From assembly GCA_043228905.1 (NCBI GenBank), contig JBHGNT010000010.1, forward strand, positions 8,370,001 to 8,434,000: a stretch of 64,000 bases of DNA. The letters run 5' to 3'. Shown here in pieces: positions 45,028 through 55,657 of this stretch. The stretch comes from Azolla caroliniana (Eukaryota > Plantae > Polypodiophyta). Made by a program: the position numbers and the translations under genes. The notes beneath the pieces are model-generated. The model had not been told where the DNA came from, made no database searches, and worked only from the letters and a program-made list of their open reading frames with translations. Numbering within the stretch: the stretch's first letter is position 1; each line of letters opens with the position of its first letter.

Positions 45028-46056
45028 TGTCGTGAAGATCTGTCACTACGCGCGGATCATGAGGCGGAACCGCTGGGGTTCTGGACCGGAAGGATTCGAC
45101 GTTGGCACAAGCTTTAGCGAGAAAGGAATTAAGATAGATTGAAAGAGAGAGACATTAAGAACTCTTGACTTTAGATTTCAAGAACAAGGTATATCATCAA
45201 TAGGATAACGTATTTTCTTCTTAATATTAATTTTGATTTAAAGTAAAAAGCTTTCCTTTCTCAAAGAATCCCCCATTGATCTTTTTCATTCCCTCTTTTA
45301 TAGATGCCCTCATGCATTTGAGGGTTCAAGACATGCATAAAATGCATGTTTGCCATTTGGCGCTCATGTATTACATGTGGTGCATGATAACCATGTCACT
45401 CATTTTAGCTCTCATGTATGAGAATTTATACGTAAAAGTAAAATGATAGAAATATAATTTCAACTAAATAACTTGGCTTAGTGATAAGCCAAGTGACTCT
45501 TAACTTGGAGGTGCAAGGTTCGAATCCTTACTTGCTCTACTTGTATATGTATATATATTTATTTATCTAGCCGTCGGATCACCGGCTCCGCCGTCACCTC
45601 GCCGACTCCGTCGATTTGTCGGATGTCGATAACACTAGATCACTGATCGCCAGTTACCGTTCAGTTCCGTTTTGGTTGGCCAAAACCTTTACGAGTGGCT
45701 AGGCCACCTCCACTCTTAGTTCAAGTTACCTTGAACTCTCTATGCTCCACACATTGACACAAAGATAATAACTTTTGCTCTACCTTATATATGGTGACAG
45801 GCTTATTCGTCCTATCTATGTGGGATATCTCACAATTTTCTCTTTTTCTTTCGCAACTTCTTACTCACATAAGTTGACACGTAGATGTCCGTTTCTTATG
45901 TAGTAAAGTGTATCTCTTCAAGATCTTCGTCTTTTGTACTAAGATATTTAAACTTACTTAGAATTAGTATATTCACTATTATTGTTTTATATGATTGACA
46001 CTTGATTTCGTACGTCTTATGTGATTTTCACACCATTGCCGAAAATCTTCACGACA
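45028..46056 (-). mobile_element. Solo LTR, copy 2, inserted in the Copia-4 5' LTR
   Basis: TGTCGTGAAGAT...ATCTTCACGACA with a perfect GCGC TSD; homologous to 4468-5718. Confidence 0.88.
45467..45536 (+). ncRNA. tRNA-Lys(CTT)-derived cassette inside solo LTR copy 2
   Basis: A box TGGCTTAGTGA at 45474, stem-loop CCAAG-TGACTCTTAA-CTTGG, B box GGTTCGAATCC at 45517. Confidence 0.65.
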
Positions 46057-49000
46057 GCGCAATGAGCGGCCGCAACGGTGCGTAAACCAGGAGGCCGCTG
46101 GAAAGATATTCCATAGAGGAATATATTTGGGAGTTAGTGTAGGGGCTCATTAATGAGCATTGAAGTACATGTTAGTACTTCTATCAGTCCATATGGACTT
46201 GTATAAAAGTACTCTCTCAGCACATCCTATGTACAGAGTGTTATTTTCTTGGAATAGAACTATTGTCTGATCTCTCTGTCTCTGTCTCTCCCTCTTCTTC
46301 TCTTTGTGTTTTCTGTGTTTCACCGAACTGTCATATTTCCGAATTGTGGACTTTGTGTCTTTTACGGACACGCTTCCGCACGTATTCCTTTACATGGTAT
46401 CAAAGCGCGAGGGTTGAGACTCCTCTGGAGCCGACAGAAAAGCAAGCGATAAAGACAAAGTCAAGTCTTTTTCGATTTTGGAAAAGATACAACAACAATA
46501 TGGACAGAGGAATGGGAAGCTCGACAGGAGCAACTTCGCATCTTGGTCTTACAAGATGCACCAGTACCTGGTCAGTCATGGTTACTGGAGTTATGTCGAT
46601 GGAGCTAATGACGCAACACTCGAATTGACACACAGAGATTTCCCGGCCTGGGAACAGGCGGCAAGCAGAGTTCTCTACTGCTTTGCATCCTGTGTGAGCG
46701 ATCAACTTCTGAGCTACATTCGGGATGCGAAGACGCCAAAGGATGCTTGGGGAAATTTGATGAAAATTTTCGCCGCGATCACCATAGCCAGAAAGCTCCA
46801 ACTCAGGCAAGAGTTGAGCAATGTTCGACAACGAGATATGATGGAAGATGGAAGGCATGAACGTAATGCTAACAGTAGTTCCAGACCCTTCGGAAGTAGG
46901 GGGAGTCGAGGCGCCACCGGAAACCGGCAAGGGAAACCCACTACGGAATGCTAGTACTATGGCAAGAAAGTCCACATGGAGAGCGAGTGCCGGAAGAAAC
47001 GTGTCGATTCGGAGAAAACCGCATCCAGATCCGGGTGGACCAAACAAGGAAATCGGCAGCGAATGCACTACGCCGAGGGCTCCGAACGAGCCGAAAATGG
47101 ATCGGGCTCAACCTTTGTAATGAAGCACAAGGCCAATTCGATGGCGGTGAACACCTCGAAACCAAATGAGGTGTGATACGTTGACTCCGGAGCGTCAAAT
47201 CATATGACGAATCACGAGGAATGGTTCTTGTACTTGGAGAAACCGGAAAAACAAGGAGTGGTCGAAACTGGAGACGACACTCCGCATACCATCGAACATA
47301 TCAGAGAAATTCCCCTCAACCACGTCGGGCAGAAAGGGAAACTCATGAACGTGCTACAAGTCCTGACAATAACCAAGAACTTGGTGTCGGTCAGATAGAT
47401 CGTCGACCAGGGGATGCAAGTCTGATTCACGCATCTTGGTTGCTACACGAAGAGGAAGGCAAGATAATCGCGCAAAGGCACCGTGAAGGGAGGATGTTTA
47501 TCCTCGAGACCAACAATGTAGGCACCGCTATGTTCACGAAAGGGCAAAAGGTCGAATTGGATATCACATGTGGCACAAGCGGTTTGGCCATGTAAATTTC
47601 CTGAAGCTTCGAGAAATGCAGATGAAAAACATCGTTTTCGGCTTGCCGAAATTCAGTGGCCGAAAGGGCCAAGTTTGCGAAGCCTGCCAATTGGGAAAGC
47701 ATCACCGACTTCCATTCCTCAATGAGCATAACCGGAGTCGAAATCTGCTCGATGTGATCCATTCGGATGTATTGGGACCGGCATAGAACGTGAGTCTCGG
47801 TGGAAGCCGATATTTCGTGACTTTCATTGATGACTTCTCTTGGCAAACTTGGGTGTGCTTGATCGCGAAAAAGAGCGAAGTCTTCGTGTGTTTCCTGAAG
47901 GTAAAGAGCCTTGCGGAAAGGGAAATCAGACAAAAGATCAAGTGCCTAAGGTTCAGTGGTGGGAAGGAGTACATCTCTGACCAGTTCTTGAATTATCTGC
48001 AGGACGAATGAATTCAATGTGAATTCTCCTGCATATACACGTCGCAACAGAACGGTGTGGTTGAGCAGAAAAATCGAAAAATTGAAGAGACGGTTAGGGC
48101 AATGCTCGAAGAGAATCATATGCGAAAATTCTATTGGGCTACAGCCGTAAGGACTGTTGTTTACCTACAGAATCAGACTTCTGCTAATGGAGGAATGTTG
48201 CCACATAAATTGTACTTAAAGAAGAAGCCGAACTTGGCACACTTGAGGGTTTTCAGTACCATCATGTATGTGCATGTGCCGAAGGAGAAATGGAGGAAGT
48301 TGGACGCCAAAGTCGAGAAGTGTATCTTGGTTGGCTACTCGGATGAACAAAAGGGTTATAAGTGTTATAACCCCCGAACCACTTACGACTCCATTCCGAT
48401 CACTGACGAAGAGGTCAGCGAGGCTGAAATGCCTCGGGACGAAGGAGACATCAGAGCTCCTAAAGAGAGTCCAATCTCATTTAGGCGCAGTGGGTCGAAT
48501 GAGCGACTGAGTCAGCATGACTAGTCAGACGCAGACCTGGTGAGTAGTGGTGACTCAGCTGTGTATTCCCCACACTAGAAACCAAGGAGACGGCTTACGC
48601 GCGAAGAGAAGGGAAAGAAGAAGATGTCGGAGTACGACACTCATAAGGACGAGTCAGATCGAAGTGAATCCGACTACGAGAAGAACGAAGACGAACCTCC
48701 AGAAATGAAGTCCGCATCGGCCAAGAGGGCCTCAAAATCAGCTAATGAGCAATTACGCCGATCTACCTGCCAGAACAACCCCGTGGTGCGCTTTGGATAC
48801 AACGAGTACATGGTGCATCATTACGCGTACATGAGGCGAGTGGCGGAAGTGTGTGAGCCGGAGAGCTACGTAGAAGCAGCGAAGGACGTGAACTGGCGTG
48901 CCGCAATGAAGGAAGAGATGCACGCATTATCAAACAATGAGACTTGGGACCTGGTTGACGCACCTAAAGTGTGAAGCCAATTGGATGTAGATAGGTGTAC

Positions 49001-50644
49001 AAGGTGAAGTACAACACGACGGCTCAGTCAACCGATACAAGGCCCAGTTAGTGGCGAAAGGCTATGCGCAAAAGCATGACGTCGATTACGACGAGACCTT
49101 CGTGCTTGTCGCGAAGATGAGCATTGTCCGTGTTCTACTAGCCATAGCAGCGGCGAAGGGGTGGCACTTACATCAGATGGATGTAAAGAATGCCTTCCTG
49201 CAAGGTGATCTTGAGGAACATGTGTACATGGTACAACCCCCCGGATTTCTATCCGATCGAAACACCTCGGTAGTTTTCCGACTGAAGAAGTCCCTCTACG
49301 AACTAAAGCAAGCCCCGCGTGCATGGAACATGAAGATCATGCAACGTCTGCATCGTATGGGGTTTACGACGTCCAAATCAGACTCTTATTTGTTCATTCG
49401 GCAAGGTCACCATGGACCGGTTAGTCTTTTACTTTATGTTGATGATCTAGTCATCGCCGATGTCGACCTAGATGAAATCGGCCGCGTAAAGTCTTAGCTT
49501 GCGGCATCATTCGACATGAAGGATCTAGGGGATCTTCATTACTTCCTAGGGATCGAAGTGATCTACACGCCCGAAGGCACATTGATAAACCAACATCACT
49601 ACGTGCTGAATATGCTCTTCAAGTTCGGGATGGCAGATTGTAAGCCCATCTCGACCCCTCTGGATAGAAATGCAAAGCTTCGCCAAGATTTGGGAAAGGC
49701 GTGCGACCCGACATGGTTCTGACAGATCGTCGGAAGCCTAATCTATTTGACGATCACTCAACCGGATCTTAGTTACTCGGTCGGCTTGATTCGTCAATTT
49801 ATGTCGAGGCCCATGTCCGAACATTTTCAGTGCGCGCAGAGAATATTGTGATATGTCAGTGGCACTAAGGACATGGCGTTGCTATATCAGATAGGAGTAG
49901 CCGAACAATTAGTTGGCTACACGGATGCCGATTGGGCCGGAAATGCTACCGATCATAGATCAACATCAAGATACGCATTCTTGTTGGGAACTGTGACGAT
50001 CGCGTGGAGCAGTAAGAAGTAGTCGATAGTGGCACTGTCGAGTACGGAGGCCGAGTACTGAGGGGTGGCTGTCGCTATGTGCGAAGTCATTTGGCTCAAA
50101 AGGCTACTCAAGGATCTGCATGTGGAGGTGTTCGCTCCAACGATGATCTATTGTGACAACCTCAGAAACATCCAGCTTGCGAAAAACCCCGTATTCCATG
50201 CCTGGACTAAGCACATTGAGGTGCACTACCATTTTGTCCGCGAGCGTGTCCTCTCCGGTGACGTTGAACTAGTGTATGTTCCGACGGGTCGACAGACTGC
50301 CGATATTTTCACCAAGTCTCTTGGTCTAGACGAGTTGCGGCAATTCCCGGGTGCACTTGGGTTGCGTCACCTCGACGTGCCAAACTTGAGGGGGAGACAA
50401 GAACAAGAGCGTGCAAGGAGCGGAAGTGATCGCGATTCTGATTCTGATGAAAAATTCGATTTCGGGTCGGCAATAGAAGCCGAAGGAGAAGAAAGGGGCG
50501 GCAACCACAAGGAAGAGCCGAAGACAACCGAGCTAGGGGGAGATAAAGCCAAGAAGGGCGAAAAGGCCAAGACCAAGACATGGTCGGATGTGGTCAAGGG
50601 CTTGAAGACAGAAAACGAATTGGAGACAACTGTGAATGTGAACG

Positions 50645-50731
50645 TGTAGAAGCGTATTACAAACCGGCTGTACCGGGTAGCAACAGTTAGAGAGGAAGGT
50701 TCAATGGAAGCTTAACACAGGGAATATGCGC

Positions 50732-50804
<73 letters not shown>

Positions 50805-51109
50805 AATAAACTCTATTCAAAAAATACTCTAAAACTCTATGTACATGGAATGTGCTCAGAGAGAACTTTTATACACGTCCATAAAGGATTGACAGAAGTA
50901 CTGACAGGTACTTCAATGGTCATACGAGTGATTGTCACTGACTCCCAAAAATATGCCTACGTACTAGGTTGGATCCGTAGGCCTCTAACGACCTACCGGT
51001 TTCATTCTGATCTGGCTCTTGGTTCCGGATATCATCCGGACACTGATCCGGTTCTCCGTTCCGGATACCGATCCGACTCTAGCTTATTCAGCCGATCCGG
51101 ATCTGGTTG
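50645..51109 (-). mobile_element. Copia-type LTR with a (GA)n tract, interrupted near its end by the Gypsy element
   Basis: Shares tttatac..gtcc..gacagaagtac..tacttcaatg and cttattcagccgatc..ggttg with the Copia-1 LTRs. Confidence 0.75.
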
Positions 51110-51543
51110 TGTTAACTCTTAGGGCCGGACAATGGCCTAACACAGGGTGTCTACGGAAGACACTTCACCAAAGGGGTGTTACGGCAAGAGGATTAGGATC
51201 AACGATTAATCCGACTTAATTAGGTTACTTAGCAAGATCGTCCTTAATAATCACATGCGTAAGATATAACAATGAATGCAGAACGACAATTAACACAGAG
51301 ATATAAAAACACTAATCTTTATTAATTATCCGCTGCTCATTACATTGTATCCGGGCCTTTAAATAGGTTTCCGGTCTGTAGTACAAAACGGTGCCATCCG
51401 CACCTGTTCGGGATACGTCCGGATCTGAAACGGCATACCGATTCTGGTCCGTCCGTCCACACTAATAGCTTACTTACAACCATTCCTAATAATTAAATAA
51501 CTCCTTCGTTTCACACTCTGGACTCCTTTGCCGGCCGGTAACA
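51110..51543 (-). repeat. Gypsy LTR A (434 bp)
   Basis: TG..CA termini; minus-strand CCTATTTAAAG followed by TGTAAT and AATAAA; homologous to 52266-52684. Confidence 0.88.
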
Positions 51544-51545
51544 CA

Positions 51546-51562
51546 TGGCACGCCCGTGGGAC
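51546..51562 (+). other. tRNA-Arg-type PBS-like motif on the strand opposite gag-pol, at the PPT position
   Basis: TGGCACGCCCGTGGGAC lies 2 nt from the LTR end; repeated at 52687-52703 and, inverted, at 55536-55552. Confidence 0.8.
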
Positions 51563-52265
51563 AGTACCTTGTACGCCGAATCCACCATCCGACCCTTGCT
51601 ATTCTTCATCCAAAATATCCAGAATGCTTTGTTCGAGAGTCTCCAATGGTTCATCTGGAATTGGTTGTTGTTGTGGTTGTTGTTGCTGCTTCGTTTGTGG
51701 CTGTTGCGACTGGTCCGTTGGTGGCTACTACGGCTGCTCCTCTGTTCGTTGCTCTGACACCGGCGTTTCCGTCGTAGTGGTCTCTAGTTGACTGGTTCTG
51801 TCCTGGCCCTCAGCTGGCGACGGTTCCTCATCACTAAGGTTAACCGTTGCCGCTTCCCGTGCTTTTTCTTCCCGAACCTGGGACCGCTCGTAGCTTTCAA
51901 ACTGGATTTGAGCGTCCAACCTATCATCGTCTAGCTGAGCTACGAGTTGCCGGACCTGCACCAGCTGTTCATCCGCTAGGACTTGGAAATCTTCGGCCAG
52001 CTCGTCCCGTATGGCAGTGAAGTCCTCGGAAGTCAACGTGTAACAATCATCTCCTTCCTTCCGCCGGTTTGCCACGTCTGCCCGTAGCAATTGGATTTCC
52101 ACCGTATTTTGTGCCCACTTTGTCACCATCTTACGGAGTTTTCGTCAATCAATCATTTTGTCTGATTCAGCCATGCCCGGAGGATGCACTGAATCCGGCC
52201 CGTTCCCATCTGCGATTTGATCTCTGCAGCTTGCCGTTCCTCCTTCAATTGCTTGATGATTTTGA

Positions 52266-55200
52266 TGTTATTCTCTGACCGGACAAGGCCTAACACAAGG
52301 TGTCACGGAGACACTTCACCAAAGGGTGGTTACGACATAGGATTAAGATTCAATGATTACACCGACTTACGTAAGTTACACGATTAGAGCGCTTTTGTTA
52401 ATTACACGCGTAAGATATAACAGTAATTACAGAACGGAAATCAAGACAGAAGTATAAACACCATAAGCTCTATTAATTATCCGCTGTGATTACAATGGGG
52501 TCCGGGCCTTTAAATAGGTTTCCGGCCCGTAGTACAAAACGGTGCATATCGCACCTATTCGGGATCCGTCCGGATCTGGAACGGCATACCGTTTCCAGTC
52601 CGTCCGTCCACACTATGCTTATTTACAACCATACTTAATTAATTCCTTCACTCCGTATTTTGGACTCCTTGCCGGCCGGTAACACATGGCACGCCCGTGG
52701 GACAGTACCTTGTACGTCAAACCCTTCTCGGCCCCTTCATTGTTCACCCAAATTGTCCAAAATACTTTGTTCAAGAATTTCCACTTGTTCTTCCGGTTGT
52801 GGTTGTTGCGGCTGTGCTTGCTGCTGCTGCTGTGGTTGCGGTTGGGACTGAGGCTGTTCCGGCTGCTCTATAGGCGGCTGCTCCGTTTGTTTCTCTGACT
52901 CCGGCTGCTCCGTTTGACTGCTTCCGGTCCGGTCTCCTTCCAGTAACGGTTCCTCATCACTGAGGTTGACCGTAACCGGTTCTCGTTCTTTCTCTCCCCG
53001 GATCCGGGACCTCTCGTAGCTTTCAAACTGGATCTGCGCCTCCAACCTGTCGTCGTCCAGCTGAGCTACAAGTTGCCGGACTTGCCCTAGTTGGTCGTCT
53101 GCCAAGGCTTGAAAGTCTTCGGCCAGCTCATCTCTGTAGCCGGCAAAGGCTATCGAACGCAGGGCGGCGAAGATCCGCTATTCAGGGAGATAGCTCGAGT
53201 GCTCCATGAGTACGGCCACGTGTACCCCCGACCCCCTGTCATGCCAAAAAATCGGGCAGGGATGATCATAGCCACCTATGAAGGGATCAAGGTGGACTGG
53301 CCGGTGTTGATTGCAGACGGTTTGTGCGCGGCAATCGACATGGTACGAGGGAAGGACGGCAAGGAGGGCCGGAAGCTGTGGCATGCCGTAGCTCAGTGGA
53401 TAACATTGCTCGTGCCGCCGGTCGAGACCGTTCAGCCAAAGAAGCGGCCAAGATTATCGGAAGGAAGCACCTCGAAACCCGCGTCTAAACGACAGCAGCT
53501 GCTGGCGTCGAAGGCGACGAAAGGGAAGAAACGGCTCCCAGAACCGGAGGAGGTGTCACCGGTCCGACCCGTTAAGATAACCATACGGCGACCGGGACAG
53601 AAGGAACCGGAACCCTTGACGGCACAGAAACATGCCGTTACCCAGGAAGAGGAAACGGAGGAGCCAGAAGAGCACCTCCAACGACGGTCAAGAAGTAGGA
53701 CCGCCGGGACACCGGGGGAGCGTTCGGCAAGAGGTATCAACGAAACGCCCCCAACTCAACCTGAGCAAACCACAAGGGAGGAACCGGAACCGGTGCGTAT
53801 GGAACCGGCCTTGTCGACTTCTATAGAAGAAGTCATTCCAACAGCTCCGGAGACGGCGAGAACCAGAACTCAACAGCCGGCGAGCCCAGCCAGCACACAC
53901 GGCGGCCAAGGAGTAGGACCAGTACAACAGCAAGGCACCAGTAGCATGTGGCTACGGTGGGTAGGCGAGCAGATCGCCGGAGCGGTCGAGTACATAGAGG
54001 CGGAGGAGAGAGCGCACAACGAACGGTTGCTCGTCACAACCGTAGATCTAGAGACGGCCCGGTCCAGAATCCGGAGCCTTGAACAAGACTTGGACAGGGT
54101 CACAAGGGAAATGGCTCAATTGGCTTTGACAACACAAGTCCAAGCACCGGTGACTCCGGGCAATGTACAGAATAAAGCGTCAGATCAACCTGTACATAGC
54201 AATCAGACCCCGGCAACGGAAACCGTTCCGGAGAGAAATGCGGCACAAGCCCAAGAGTTTGCGGACTTAAAGGATGAGCTAGCTGCCCAAGAAGCGCTGA
54301 GGAGCCGCGAAAGAGAGTTGAAGACGGCAGCGGAGGCAGAACTCAAAAAGACTGCTGAGAATCTACGCCGGGCCGAGGAGAGCTTACGAAAGGGCCACCA
54401 AGCGTACGACCGGCTCAAGGAGGAAAAGGAGAAAATGCTGCAAGAGAAGGACAGGCTCCGGAGGAACGCCGAAACAGAAGTAGAGCGCCTGAAAGAGGAA
54501 CTCCGGCAGGTAAAGGACCGGGAGGACCGGAACCATCGCCAGATCAACGGCAAGCTCAAACAAAAAACGGAGGAATTTGAGCACTTGCACCGGGAGTATA
54601 AATGGTTGCAAACGGAGCACAAGGAACAGACAGATGAGCTCCGGCAAGCAGTTGATCGGACCGCAACGGCATACGCTAAGGAACAAGCGGAAACCAGAAG
54701 ACGGTTGGAAGAGGCGGAGAAGGTTCGGACAGAGCTCCTCAGGCAACAGCAGGCGGAAAAAGAAAGAGCGGCGGAGGTACTGCAGAGGCTGCAGACCACA
54801 TATCAAGGGCAGCTGACGCGCTACAGAGAGCAGGCGGAGGATATGACGAATCTCATCAAGCAGTTGAAGGAGGAGCGACAAGTGGTGGAAAGTAGAGCGC
54901 AAATGGGAGCAAGTCGCATCCAGGATATCATGCGGGCCTGGTTGAACCAGACCAAGAGCTTGATTGACAACGGTTCCGTCAAATGGTGGACCAAGTGGGC
55001 CACGAACGCGGCGGAACTCCAATTGCTCCGGGCCGACGTAGAGAACCGGCGGAAGGAGGGAGATGATTGCTATATGCTGACTTCCGAAGACTTCACCGGC
55101 ATAAGAGATGAGCTGGCCGAAGACTTTCAAGCCTTGGCAGACGACCAACTAGGGCAAGTCCGGCAACTTGTAGCTCAGCTGGATGACGACAGGTTGGAGG

Positions 55201-55657
55201 CGCAGATCCAGTTTGAAAGCTACGAGAGGTCCCGGATCCGGGGAGAGAAAGAACGAGAACCGGTTACGGTCAACCTCAGTGATGAGGAACCGTTACTGGA
55301 AGGAGACCGGACCGGAAGCAGTCAAACGGAGCAGCCGGAGTCAGAGAAACAAACGGAGCAGCCGCCTATAGAGCAGCCGGAACAGCCTCAGTCCCAACCG
55401 CAACCACAGCAGCAGCAGCAAGCACAGCCGCAACAACCACAACCAAAAGAACAAGTGGAAATTCTTGAACAAAGTATTTTGGACAATTTGGGTGAACAAT
55501 GAAGGGGCCGAGAAGGGTTCGACGTACAAGGTACTGTCCCACGGGTGTGCCATGTGTTACCGGCCGGCAAGGAGTCCAAAATACGGAGTGAAGGAATTAA
55601 TTAAGTATGGTTGTAAATAAGCATAGTGTGGACGGACGAACTGGAAACGGTATGCCG
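52266..55657. mobile_element. Fold-back derivative of a sister Gypsy family: full LTR (52266-52684), inverted extra ORF, partial inverted LTR (55555-55657)
   Basis: TSD TTTGA at 52261-52265 and 55658-55662; inverted arms 52580-53135 and 55104-55659. Confidence 0.88.
53136..55502 (+). CDS. Uninterrupted, 5'-truncated retrotransposon extra ORF (~790 aa, coiled-coil protein of unknown function)
   Basis: Open frame with no stops; colinear with the host copy (LFREIA.VLHEYGHVY.RPPVMP; ELAAQEALRSRERELKTAAEAELKKTAENLRRAEE). Confidence 0.75.
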   Translation, partial: VAGKGYRTQGGEDPLFREIARVLHEYGHVYPRPPVMPKNRAGMIIATYEGIKVDWPVLIADGLCAAIDMVRGKDGKEGRKLWHAVAQWITLLVPPVETVQPKKRPRLSEGSTSKPASKRQQLLASKATKGKKRLPEPEEVSPVRPVKITIRRPGQKEPEPLTAQKHAVTQEEETEEPEEHLQRRSRSRTAGTPGERSARGINETPPTQPEQTTREEPEPVRMEPALSTSIEEVIPTAPETARTRTQQPASPASTHGGQGVGPVQQQGTSSMWLRWVGEQIAGAVEYIEAEERAHNERLLVTTVDLETARSRIRSLEQDLDRVTREMAQLALTTQVQAPVTPGNVQNKASDQPVHSNQTPATETVPERNAAQAQEFADLKDELAAQEALRSRERELKTAAEAELKKTAENLRRAEESLRKGHQAYDRLKEEKEKMLQEKDRLRRNAETEVERLKEELRQVKDREDRNHRQINGKLKQKTEEFEHLHREYKWLQTEHKEQTDELRQAVDRTATAYAKEQAETRRRLEEAEKVRTELLRQQQAEKERAAEVLQRLQTTYQGQLTRYREQAEDMTNLIKQLKEERQVVESRAQMGASRIQDIMRAWLNQTKSLIDNGSVKWWTKWATNAAELQLLRADVENRRKEGDDCYMLTSEDFTGIRDELAEDFQALADDQLGQVRQLVAQLDDDRLEAQIQFESYERSRIRGEKEREPVTVNLSDEEPLLEGDRTGSSQTEQPESEKQTEQPPIEQPEQPQSQPQPQQQQQAQPQQPQPKEQVEILEQSILDNLGEQ

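Larger units (their letters stand above)
44984..50644 (+). mobile_element. Degenerate Ty1/Copia related to Copia-1 (Copia-4); 5' LTR 44984-46394, 3' end cut by further insertions
   Basis: TG..CA LTR followed by PBS TGGTATCAAAGC at 46395; gag KLDRSNFASWSYKMHQYL; PR, INT, RT and RH fragments colinear with Copia-1. Confidence 0.9.

Noticed and set aside
53091-53135. Start of the 803-aa ORF as given in the track
   Set aside because: These codons are antisense sequence of the inverted arm; the true N terminus (MDPQTL in the host copy) is missing.
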